A stretch of 64,000 nucleotides of DNA, taken from positions 1 through 64,000 of the forward strand of contig CBFFRQ010000019.1 of the NCBI GenBank assembly GCA_965644315.1. Reading direction: 5' to 3'. Below the pieces are notes generated by a model. That model did not search any database. It saw nothing but the letters and a program-made list of their open reading frames with translations, and was not told the DNA's origin. The stretch's first letter is position 1. Each line of letters opens with the position of its first letter. The DNA is from Caecitellus pseudoparvulus (taxonomy: Eukaryota; Protista; Bigyra: Bicosoecida). Of the stretch, positions 1 to 11,344 are shown one piece after another. Made by a program: the position numbers and the translations under genes.

Positions 1-400
1 TAACCCTAACCCTAACCCTAACCCTAACCCTAACCCTAACCCTAACCCTAACCCTAACCCTAACCCTAACCCTAACCCTAACCCTAACCCTAACCCTAAC
101 CCTAACCCTAACCCTAACCCTAACCCTAACCCTAACCCTAACCCTAACCCTAACCCTAACCCTAACCCTAACCCTAACCCTAACCCTAACCCTAACCCTA
201 ACCCTAACCCTAACCCTAACCCTAACCCTAACCCTAACCCTAACCCTAACCCTAACCCTAACCCTAACCCTAACCCTAACCCTAACCCTAACCCTAACCC
301 TAACCCTAACCCTAACCCTAACCCTAACCCTAACCCTAACCCTAACCCTAACCCTAACCCTAACCCTAACCCTAACCCTAACCCTAACCCTAACCCTAAC
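1..400. repeat. Telomere, (TAACCC)n, C-rich strand of a left chromosome end
   Basis: 66 perfect TAACCC units plus TAAC, starting at base 1. Confidence 0.99.
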
Positions 401-620
401 TTTCCAAATGTCAACCTAATCATAGGTTGTGCATTGCTAACAATGCCTAATCCAGGCGCTCGTGCACCCAAGTGTGGTGTTGCACAGCGCTAGTGCATTG
501 CATTGGGTGCGCGGGTGAGCAGCAGTGCGATTTCCGCACGCCACGCTCCCCACGCAGTGCTAAGTGCGGCTCCGGCTGGACGCTGCACCACTGCTTGCCC
601 GAAACCATTGCTTCATCATC

Positions 621-3600
621 ATGTCATCCAAGGCCAGCCAAGTCCTCGGCGTGCTCTTCGCGGACAAGTGCCTGGAGCAGCGTGTGTCAGGGCGGCCACG
701 AACAGGCGTGCTGACTGACATGTCACGCCGAGGGGCAGCCCGGACTTTCCAGCTCGGTGGCATGGACATTGACTGCACGGATGGCCAAGATGCATCATTT
801 TTCGTCCGCAAGTGGCTTGGCATCTTCGGAGATGAGCTGGAGGCCGAGTTTCCTGGAGCTGCTCCTGTGATGGTGCGCGCTAATTCCGCGCTGAAACAAT
901 CCGCACCAGGGCAGACCATTCTCCTTGTCACGCTGCCGAGTGACGGTGAAGGCCCCGCCATTGCCAAGTCCCTGCGCGTTGCTGCTGCTGTGCGAGAAGA
1001 CTTCATCATCATGTTGAAGGGGGCGGCTCTGTGGGCGTGGTGTACTCCAACACGCGGCAGTTCACGTCAGAGCGCGCCAGGGTCAGCGTGATCGCCCCTC
1101 CCTCTGTAGTGAAGGTTGCTCAAAAGATCTCTGAGGCAGCAACCAACATTGCCTGTGAGAGTGGGGATGTGTCCAAGATCTTGAAGCTTGTCCATGCCCA
1201 TGTCACCAACACTCACTCCATCGCCAAGCGTGCTCCAAAGCCTGTCGGACACTCCGTCTCTCCAGAAGATGACGCCTCTGTCGACAAGCTGCCAAGCACA
1301 CTGCCAAAGCCCCTTGCTGAAGGCGGTCCCAAGAAGAAGAAGACACGGAGGGGCAAACGCAAGCCATCGACAAAGAGCTCTCCTCCTCGGCGCTTTGCTG
1401 AACTGTTCAAGGAGGGCGTCGTGACTACTCGCCCCACAGCGCCCTCCCCTCCATCTGCACCCGCCGAGTCGTCAGGCCAAGCTGCTCCTTCCCCTGAACA
1501 TGTCCCTCTTCCGTCCACCAGAGTCAAGCGCCCGACCTTCAGCAGATGGGACTCGCCCAGCCCACGCAAGAGACCTCCTCCCGTGTCCCCGACAGCTGCG
1601 GCACTATCGGGCAGCGGGGCACAGCCACCTCTTGCAAGTCCTGCAAACACGGCACCCACTACGCTGCTAAAACTTGCTGACTGCAGTCGCCGACCAGCAC
1701 GGCTTGGACAGGCAAACCTTGACTTGGGTTCCCCCTTGCAGCAACTCCTCGCCTCTGCGCACGCGTTCCGCAATAAGGACCAACGACACTGTGTCCAGGC
1801 CTGCTTTGAAACAGCAGCAGGAGAGCCACTCTTCAATGACGATGACCTTGTCCTTCTTCAACACGCAGCCACCATCCAAGCGGCGCAGACATCCTTCTGT
1901 GCTGTGTTGAAGAAGAGCAGCGCGCGTCACCCTGGCACACCAGACTCGGAGGTCCATGCTGTCTGTGAAACAGAACCTTCCATGCCGACCACCGAGCAAG
2001 ACAAGCTTGACCTCTTTCAATCGTTCCTGTACCGACATGCGCCTGATGATGCAGCACTCACCAGTGCCTGTCCACCTGTGCTCCTCCCTGGTCTTCATCT
2101 CTTGCTCACGCGTATCAACGAGGGCCATCGGGAACTTGAAGGCGGCACAGTGTCTGGACACTGCCTGGTTGATGTCAAGGCAGAGAAAGAGATGACCTCC
2201 GAGGCAAAAGTCTTTGCTGGGGTGTACTTCGCGTTTGCTCTCAGCTTGGTTGACACTGGAGGTGTCTCCCACCTTCAGCTCATTGTCGTCAACGCTGAGA
2301 AGTCCACACTTGTACTGTGGAACCCTGACGAACCCTTCAAGAGCACCAACATTCCAATCGACGGCTGCCTGAACACACTCGACTCGATGGGCATTGAGTC
2401 TGTGTACCGTGTCTCATCCTCCCCGCTGAGTGGCAAGCCGATTCCCTTCAAAGACAGAGTGCGGCTGGCCATGCTGTCCCTCAGGTCTGACTTTCCCCCA
2501 CTCCCGTTCGTAGCTGAGGACGAGACTGTCTACCCAAAGACTCTCATCACTGGCAAGACAACACGGGTGTACCTCCCTGTAGGCCGCACCACGCGCCAAC
2601 AAGCAGCTGCCGATGAGAGAGCCAAGACGGTTGACCCCATACTGTCACTCATCCCAACATCTGTACAAGTCGCCGACCAGATCAGTAGCGATGCACCCCA
2701 TACCCCTGTCGGCCGCGGAAGACACATGACACTCGCACTTGCTGCTTGGAATGTGCACGGCTCCTGCGGCCAGTGTGTCCACGATGTCGTCACCTGTGTC
2801 CAGTCTGTGTGCAGTGCGTCGTCCATGTTGGCACTCTGTGTCACAGAGCCTGGGGGGCACGGCCTGCTCGACACGGAAGTCATGGGCCTTGAATGCTTCC
2901 GCCCAAGCCCGCCTGATCGGCCTGTCGGGCGGAGTGAGGTTGCCTTGCTGCTTGATCGAAGACTCAATGGCTCAGTGATCCCGGGCCTCGACGTTGATGG
3001 TCGCTGCATAATTGCTTGCTCGATCCCTGCAAGCCCACAACCCATCGCCATCATAGCCACGTACGTACCCAACTGGCACTCTTGGCAGCGAAAGAAGCCA
3101 GTCGCTGATCCGGACACGAAGCTTCCGTACCGGCAAGAGGTTTGGCGGCAGCTTGAGTCTGCTGTTCAACAGCTCCGCCTCACCCACATGATTGTCATCA
3201 TGGGTGACTTGAACACTCATCCAGGTGACGAAGGGGTAGGCACGTGGGGAGCAGATCACTGGGAGAACCGGACCGGCATTCCCGAGCCCACTGAAGACAT
3301 CCTGCAGATGCAGCTCCTCTGCGAGCAAGGCCCACTGATCCCAGCCGGACTTGGTGGCCTGCCAACGCACAGGTATGGTCGGGCTCTGGACCACATCCTG
3401 ATGACTGAGGACCTCCACAGTATGTTGAGCAGACCACTGCACATCACAACAACGTTCTCCAGCGGGACGAAAAAGAGTGCCGCTCGACTAGTCCTCAGTG
3501 ACCATCATCTTGTTGCAGCAGAAGTCCGAGTGAAGCCTGCCAAGCGAGTGTGGACATCATCCAAGAGCCCCCATGTACAGGCGGTGCCACCCTGGTGGAC

Positions 3601-6600
3601 CTCAGCGACAGAGGCTGGGCTGGCAGCGCAAGCGATGTTTCGAGGATCCCTCAGCTCGCGGGCCACCGCGCTCCAGACAGGCAGCGCCGCCCCGAGCCTA
3701 TCCTTTCTCAACGGTGCTATCGAAGCTGCGGCTATGGACACACATCGCAAGGCCAAGACCCCACGTGACCCTCTGCCCCAGCTGAAGATGGACATCAAGG
3801 CGGCCAGCGGGCTCAAGAAGTCCATGACTGCACGCGTGTCCAAGCTGCGGAAGACCATTGCCAAGCTGCACCGGAAGCTCGCACTTGCCACCGGTCGGCA
3901 TCCTCAGCCAGACCACGCCCGTGCCATCCGAGAGGGAATCTCCATGGCCACTGAAGAGCTACACGCCACGCTTCAATGCCGCAAGGATGCAATGCGGAAG
4001 TGCACGAGGCTTGTGAAGAAGAAGCGACATGTCACTCTGTCCAGGATCCGAGCACGCTTGAGGGAACTCGCTGTCACGGATCCCTTCACTGCCCACCAAC
4101 ACATCAAGCGCCTGTCAGGTCGAGGTCGTCGAGCCCGTCGAGCTCCCATCAGGTCCGTGAAGTCCATGCAGGGAGTGCTCATCTCCTCCCCTGATCTGGT
4201 GAAGGAGGAGGTTGCCAAGCAGATGTCTGGCATCCTGAGTCACAACAAGCCCAGGCCAACATCGCTGAAGTACGGGCTGGCAAGGTTCCTTCCCTCAGCC
4301 CAAGAGTCCTTCACCCCGCCAGTGACATGGCTTCCCTCCAAGAAGCAAGTCAAAGTCCTCATGGGATCACTCAGCTTGCATCGACACCCAGGCTCTGGCA
4401 AGTTCCAATCAGAGCACATCAAGTATGCTGGGCCAGGCTTCCAAGACATCTACTCCCAAGCCGTCATCCAAGCGTTGCAACACGGCACCTGCCCGCCAGA
4501 CTACCATGCAGGCATTGGGTCACTCATCCCCAAGAAGACGAGTGAAGCTGGGCGGCCTCGCACATACCGCTTGATTGTATGCCGCCCCCCTCCTGCGAAG
4601 CTCTTCTTCTCAGTGGCCGCTGCATGCCTGGAGTCCTGGATGCAAACATGGGTGTCGAAGGAGCAGGCTGGCTTCACTCGACACCGCAACACGCATGAGC
4701 ACATCTTGGCTCTCCAAGAGGTGATCAAGGGCCACCTGCGACAGTCAACAGCGCCAGTGCAAGTCCTGGTACTCTTCGTGGACTTCCGGGGAGCATTCGA
4801 CTCTGTGAGCCACGCAGCCATCACAGAGATCCTTGAGGCTGCCTCCCTCCCTGCGCCACTCCTGGCCGTCATCAAGGAGTACATGTCCAAGGCGACGGTC
4901 TCCATCAACACGCGCCATGGTCTTTGTCGCCCCCTTCCTGTCAGCAATGGTGTCCCCCAAGGAGGAGCTCTGTCCCCCTCCTCTTCAAGGTTGCGATAGA
5001 TGTGCTGTCGCAAAGGCTCCACGAGATGCCCCTCCAAGGCATCCAGGGAGTGGGCATCCCAACACCAGCAGGCCATGTCACCCACACCCTGTATGCAGAC
5101 GACCTGGCCTGCATCGCAACGTCTGCCACGGCCTTGCACCGAATCTTCGTAGAGGTGAAGGCCATCGCTGCCCGGGTTGGCCTTGCCATCAACCCGTCGA
5201 AGTCCGGGGTCATGATCCTTGCCAACTCCGTGCGAGGCAGCCGGACACCAGTCAGTGAAAGGAAGAAGTTGGTGTGGCGCTCGGCTGCCCTCAAAGCGGG
5301 CAGCATGCTGAAGGTTGGCACCAAGTCCATCCAACGGGTGGCCGAGTACACCTACTTGGGTGTGCCGATGTCCGAACATCCTGCCAAGACCCGTGCACTT
5401 ACCCTGCAACAAGCTGGGCTTGCTTGCATCCAAGCCGGGTTCACTGCGGGCGCGCTGCTCAGTGCCACCTGGCTCGATGTGCAGCAGCGGCACCTGGTTG
5501 GGTATGCCACTGTCACGTCAGCCGCCGACTACATGCTGTCCACCCAAGCCAACAGTTCCCTGCTTCCGCTGCGCGATGTTGACCGCGGCGTCGCCCTCGC
5601 CTTGGACAGGACCCAAGTCGGCTCGCAGAGTGCACTCATGCGCCCCCACAGCTACGCCAAGCTGGCTCTATGCGGAGTCCTGCCTGCCCACATCCGCTCC
5701 ACGCAACTGCGGACTGGGATGTTTGTCAAGGCTCTCCGGATGCTGCACTCGGACACCCCTCTTGCCCGAGCTCTGTGCCTGACCATCCCGCAGGCCCTTG
5801 ACCTTATGCCTGCTTCGATGTCGACGACCTTCATCGTCGACACCATTGCTGATGGAGGTCGACTCCGGGCTGCCAGTGTCCCTGCTCCGTGGGCACTGCA
5901 TGCCCTCTTGGACCTCTGGCTCATGGGCTGCATGCCAGACCTTGCACAGCTTCGGCTTGCATGTGCACCTGGCTCTGAGCATGCTGCCACAGCCCTTGCC
6001 CAAGTCCTTGCCGGACTTAAGACCACCCCGGGCCTCCACAGGTCTGCGGTGGTTGGGGTGGCTGCCAGCGAGACGTCGTCCATGGCCGAACCCCCGGCCT
6101 TCACGGCAGACACCCCCTGGGCCCTGCGTCGCCAAGTCCTCGCGTCGTATCTTCATGTAGCCCAGGCAGTGCCGAGTGCAGCTGCCCACTACACCACCGA
6201 CAGCCGAATCCCCCAAGTGCAGAAGCCCAGGCCGTATCATCTTGGGCCTGGTGCGCAGCACTTCGTGTGGCTACATCCACTGCCACACGGGGTGAACCCC
6301 CTCTTCTGGGTCTGTCCTGATGACAGGCCCACCAGAGTGATGGTCCATCACTTCCAGACCTTACAGCTTCTTCATGGGGGGACAGTGCCACTCTGTACGA
6401 GTGCTGTCCGATTTGCGGACTCAACACCGATGTACAGCTGCACGTGCACATCCTGCTGCACTGCACCCACCACGAACTCACCATGGCACGCCAACACACG
6501 ATGACCAAGTTCAGAGAACTGGCCAACAGGTCAGCTGTGCCCGAGTCCGCGGCGGGCCAAGTGCAGTGCCTGCCCATCCCCCCCAAGATCTGCCACGCCC

Positions 6601-7258
6601 TCCTTCGTGCCCCCGACCCAGAGCCGCGAAGCCTGCGGGACCTCGAGGTCCTCCACAGGCTCCTGCTCTGCGGGCAGTGGCCTCACCGGTGGGGGCTGGC
6701 CGACGAAGAGCAGCTTGTCTCTATGAAAGAGGCGGCTGTCCTCTCCCACCCCCACCTCGTCCACCGTGCTGGTCCTTGCCGTGTCCGTGCCCCAGCTGTA
6801 TGGCAAGACATCCTGCGCAGCGCGGTTGAGTTCACAGCAAAGGCGTGGCGGGTCACAGTCACTTACATGTTGCGTATGACCGATGCCCACCACCTTGCTG
6901 TCCAGAGGCATGCTGAGTACCTGTGGTGGGCAGTACATGGGCGCGGGGCGCCGCTGCCTGGCCGCACGCAGCCAGTGCGGTCAGCGGCCACGCGGCACAC
7001 GCGCAGGCCCCGCACTCGCCGCAGGGCACGCACCTTTTCCCTGCCAAGGCTGGCCAAGTGCCGTCCACGGAGGGCAAGGTCCAGAGGACGCTGCAGCACT
7101 TCATGGGGCCTCAGCCAGCCCATGCAGACACTGATGGTGAGGGGAAGGGCCCGATGGTTCCTGTGAAGAGAGCGAGGAGTAAGGCGGAACGCAGGCGTGC
7201 GGGCGGGGAGTGGAACAGCCACGCTTGTGGCCGCGTCTACCCTCCACGAGTGTCCTGA
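621..7258 (+). CDS. E1 polyprotein (~2213 aa after restoring 4 single-base homopolymer losses): N-terminal region, Josephin-like protease, APE endonuclease, reverse transcriptase, CCHC knuckle
   Basis: APE motifs AAWNVHG, VTEP, TYVPN, MGDLN, LDHIL, SDHHLV (~2730-3530). RT motifs QAGF, FVDFRGAFDSVSH, GVPQGGALSP, LYADD, GLAINPSKS, YTYLG (~4400-5360). CPIC...HILLHC (~6400-6465). Frame breaks at ~1020, ~4976, ~6378 and ~7036; the last three are confirmed against the uninterrupted E3 ORF. Confidence 0.85.
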
Positions 7259-7817
7259 CGTGATGAACCTGTGTGAAGCGTGGTGATAACCACGGTAGCC
7301 CGAAGCAGATGCCCAAGACCTTACCTTTTACTTACTACATAGCCTGCGAGTAGCAGTGGAGTGAGCGGGAGCGTGCCTCGGGCCGCGGCGCGTGTGCAGC
7401 CGCAGTGCTGCACGGCCGCGGCCCGGATGGCGGCTGACGATGAAGCAAGCTCACTCACCACGAAACCAGGGCGTGACGGGTTGAAGAAGAAGGTCCTTTT
7501 CCTTTCTGTATCCCCCTTGATGCGCGCGATGCGCTCTGTGGCGCGGGCGCGTGTGTGCGCACGGGTGCTGGTGTGCGCGATCGAATTCCGCACCACGCAC
7601 CCGGCCGAGTTCCCGCGCAGAGGCGGAGCACACACCTCATGAAGGGCGCAGAGAGGCCTATGAGGGCCACAGAGGAGGTGGGTGAGGAATTTGGATTATG
7701 ATCTGTTGTCAAGACTGCGCGGATGCCTGGGTGTGCTCTGGTGTGCCCCAGGTGTCTGGCGCTGGCGGAGCAAGGGATGAAGTGTAGCGGAGGAGGGCCA
7801 AGATGATGAATTGGAGC

Positions 7818-8010
7818 GGGCAGGGACCTGCCCTAGCAAGTGGCGGCAGATATAACGGGTGCAAGCCTGTGTTTGTTGCGAATCCGCGCCAAGCGGTAGC
7901 CGCTGTGGCGTCCTACATGTGCAGAGGTGCATTGTGGGGCGCCCGTGTGACGCTCAAGCTGTACGGTGCCAAGCTGTGCCGAGGTGAAATGCATTGTGAG
8001 TTGCTAACCC
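7818..8010 (+). other. Conserved structured 3'-terminal RNA element of E1 (homologs at ~10385-10590, ~12181-12386, ~18341-18547)
   Basis: Several stems with compensatory changes among three families; see findings. Confidence 0.8.
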
Positions 8011-10605
8011 GTCTTTCCTGCACGCAAGCAGGGTTTGCCTGCAGTGCTCTGCTCACTGGCGAGTGGGTGGGCATTGACCTCAAGCAGCGTATTGGTAGTG
8101 CCTCCATCACGGCAGCGGCGGACTACATACTGGCTACTCAGGTCCGCAACTCTGTCCTTCCCCTGCGCGAAGTGGACCGGGGCCTCGCTACTGCTCTGAG
8201 CAAGACCCAGATCGGCATGCAAAGTTCCCTGGCAAGGATGCATAACTATGCAAAACTTGCCGTGTGCGGCTTCCTACCTGCACACATACGCGCCACCAAG
8301 CTGCGCTCGAACATCTTCCGCAAGCTCATCTCCGATCTTCACGCCGGGACACCAGTAGCGAGGGTCATGCTGCAGACCCTGCCGATTGCGCTCGACATGC
8401 TCCCCTCCCCAGTCACGATGGAGTTCCTCGTCAACCTGAACGGTGACCTGGATCGGGCACGGTCGGGCATCCCGCCCCCTTCGCCCTTCATGGTCTGTTC
8501 GACTTGTGGTTGCACGGCTGCCTGCCAAGCCGCAGTGCCCTCGAGCAGTTGGTTCAGAGAGACGGGAATGCGGACACTTCATCAGACGACAGCGTGACGG
8601 ATACGCTGGATCTGGATCCCACACCACCCAAGATCAAGTACCTTGGGCTGGCTGCATCCTCCTCCTCCAGCTTGATGCTGCCCCCGGACTTCCCTGCCGA
8701 CATGTCGTGGCGCGCCCGACAGCATGTCGTGTGCTCCTTCTTGCACATCGCCCAGTCGTCCGAGTGCCCCGCTCTCGGGTACTCCCCACTGGTGACCTGC
8801 ACCGTGTGCGTCGCCCACGGCCGTACCATGTGGGTGTGGGGGCTCGGTTCTTCTGCTGGCTCCACCCCATCCCGTCAGCCCCAAGCCCATTGCTATGGGT
8901 GTGCGAGGGCAACCGGCCACAGGTTGTGAAGGTCCATCTCTGGCAAACCCTTCAGCTTTTCCATGGCGAAGACACCCCGACACTCTTTGAGGAGTGTCCA
9001 CTCTGCGGGAGTGTCTCCTGGGCAACGTTGCACGAGCACGTCTTGCTCTCGTGCCGCCACCTAGCCTTAGACGAGGCCAGACAGGATGCCTTGGCAGCCA
9101 TGCTGGCCACCGCGGCCCAGTCCAACAGCGTGGCCCAAGGTGGGCACCCCTCCGCTCTTTTGACCATCCCTGCCCCCGTGACTCGCGCCCTCCAGTCGGC
9201 GAAGTCCCGGAGTGCCCTCCCTCGATCGTCCTCCAAGCTCCTTCTCCGCCTGCTCTTGTGTGGCCAATGGCCCTTCCGCATCGATGAGGATCCTGCGCAG
9301 CAACTGTGGAGTCCTGAAGGGGCGGCTGTCATGAGCCACCCCCACCTCCGCCTTCGCTCCACTCGTGGTCCAGTCAAGCCCCCAGCCTTCTGGAAGAAGC
9401 TGCTCCAGGCTGGGGCTGGCTTCGCTTCATCTGCGTGGGACATTGTGCTGCAGCGCATGCTCAGACTTACCTCGCCAGAGCACGTGCACGTCCAGCGGCA
9501 CGCAAGGTACCTCTGGTGGGCAGCTCATGGCCGTGCCTGTCCTTTTCCGGGCTACACGAAGCCGGTGCCCAGTGCTGTGAACAGGCAGACTCGAGATGTG
9601 CGCACGCGGAGGACACAGCGTACGTACTTCCCTGACCGCTCACAGCGCGGGCCACCCCGGTCCTTCTCCCAGCAGTCCACCTTGTTTGATCACGGCCTGG
9701 TCCAAGGAAGACAGTCCACTTCCATGGGAGATGGTCCTGAGAGTGGAGGAGGGGCAGCAGAGGGGGCAGGCGGGCAGTAGCAGGCTTACGTATGTCGTGG
9801 TGACAACCACGGTCACCCTCCTGCGAAGCAGCGCCCCTGCTGAAGCTCCCCCTGATGATTGACGAATAGCTCTGCGAAAGGAGGAGAAATTGCTGAACGA
9901 ATGGTCCACGGGCACTTACCTGACGATGATGGAGCCTCCTGAAGTCCTCGAAGAAGCCCTGCGGCAACGCGGGTGGAACAAGCCGTGCTTGACGTACGGA
10001 CGTCCCACGCGCGGCGCCGCAGGCATAGACTCACCGGCTCCGGACTCAGCATCCAAGTGCAAGAGAAGTTTGACCTTGATATGAAGAAAGTATCCTGTGG
10101 AAGGGAAGGGGTGCTGCGGCGCGCACTCGTGCGCCAGGCGGTCCCTCCGCTGCCGCGGCGTTTCGAGCGAAACGCCACAGCAGCACCCCTCCCTCACAAC
10201 GGCCTGCAGTTGCCCCGCAAGGTTCTCTCGCGGCAGCAGGCATGTCGAAGGCAACAAGCATGAAGAATGGTGCAGAGAAGTGAGTTGGATTATGATGTGA
10301 AGTGCTGATTGACGAGCGCGCCACCTGGATGAACTCTCTGTGGTGTGGTTCAAGCTGGCCAAGGACGGGACTTTCTCCCCTTGGGGCGGGCGTAGGACAC
10401 GCCCTAGCAAGCGGTGACCTCTACAACGGTCGCAAGACTGTGTTGGTTGCAGATCCACGCAAGTGGAAGCCGCTGTGGCGCTTCTGCAGTGCATTCGTGC
10501 ACGGCAGCGAGCGCCGCATGTGACGCCCAAGCCGAACCGCGCAAGTTGCAAGCGTGGAGGTGAAGTGCAATGCATTGAACAGCTAACCCTAACCCCTAAC
10601 CCTAA
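8011..10605 (+). mobile_element. Unit E2a: 5'-truncated retrotransposon of a second family (post-RT region, CCHC, 3' UTR, telomeric tail)
   Basis: Starts mid-gene (SCTQAGFACSALL aligns with E3 SCCQAGFSCGALL); CPLC...HEHVLLSC; stop at 9780; ends CAATGCATTGAACAG-CTAACCCTAACCCCTAACCCTAA. Confidence 0.92.
10583..10605. repeat. Interstitial telomeric tract with one TAACCCC variant
   Basis: CTAACCCTAACCCCTAACCCTAA. Confidence 0.95.
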
Positions 10606-11344
10606 GCCGCTGAAGCACTGGAGGCATTTGCTGGGCCCTTGCGGCAAAAGTTGCTCCCGAATTCTGGGGGTGCCGCTGACGGCAAAAGTTTCTACTGGCC
10701 CCACGAGGTGGTCGCCGCACCTCCCGGATGGACGAAAGTCCTGAAAACGTGCATCCGGTACTGTGGGACCGTGTTTGATCACGTGGTAGAAGCTCAACTT
10801 CAGGGCGCAGGCGTGGAACGCGGGCAGCCCGCCGCGGACCTCGCGCGGCGAGCCCGCTACACGGCCGCCACGCCTGCTGCCTGGACCATGCCAAGCCACC
10901 TCGCTCCCGGGCGAGATGGCGCAGCAGAGGAGCAAGAAAGTGAGTGATAAAAGCTTGCTTTGGGTTGATAGTGCATTCTAAGATGTTATTCCGAAATTCC
11001 CAGTGTCGTAACGCGCGGCGGGGCCGTTTTGGGTCGCGGGGTGGCGCGGTGTGCGCGGGGTCGCCGCGGCGCCCCCAACACGCCAAGGCCGAAACCCGCG
11101 CCCAACTCGCCCAACAGGCGCCGAACGCCTGAATGACGACGAAGAACATTAAAGTACCATGTTCCTGATGGAACATGCTCATTTCACACGGTGACTCACC
11201 ATGTTTCGTGCAAGATATGTGCGCGACGCAAGCGAGAACCGTGGCCCGCTTCTTTCGAGGAGCAAGTGTGAGGTGAGTGTGGTGAAAACAAGAGGCTACA
11301 ATGCATTGAACTTCCTAACCCTAACCCTAACCCTAACCCTAACC
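10606..11344 (+). mobile_element. Unit E4: short 3' fragment of a strongly diverged fourth family
   Basis: The open frame 10606-10947 (PPGWTKVL...FDHVVEAQL...ARY) weakly parallels the C-terminus of E1-E3 (PPSCWKQMV...WDECVKRML...ARY); ends with the same CAATGCATTGAAC motif, then telomeric repeats. Confidence 0.7.
11314..11344. repeat. Interstitial telomeric tract (~5 units)
   Basis: CC(TAACCC)4TAACC. Confidence 0.95.

Larger units (their letters stand above)
401..8010 (+). mobile_element. Telomere-associated non-LTR retrotransposon, unit E1 (apparently near full length)
   Basis: Abuts the telomere; APE + RT + CCHC coding region; 3' UTR homologous to the other units; ends AAATGCATTGTGAGTTG-CTAACCC with no poly(A). 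Confidence 0.93.

Noticed and set aside
4924-7166. Programmed ribosomal frameshifting within the RT and C-terminal region
   Set aside because: E3 is uninterrupted at the homologous sites and every break is a homopolymer shortfall
7818-7910. Assigning the 3' structure to hammerhead, twister, HDV or group II intron domain V
   Set aside because: The diagnostic core motifs (for example CUGANGA/GAAA) could not be placed; left unassigned
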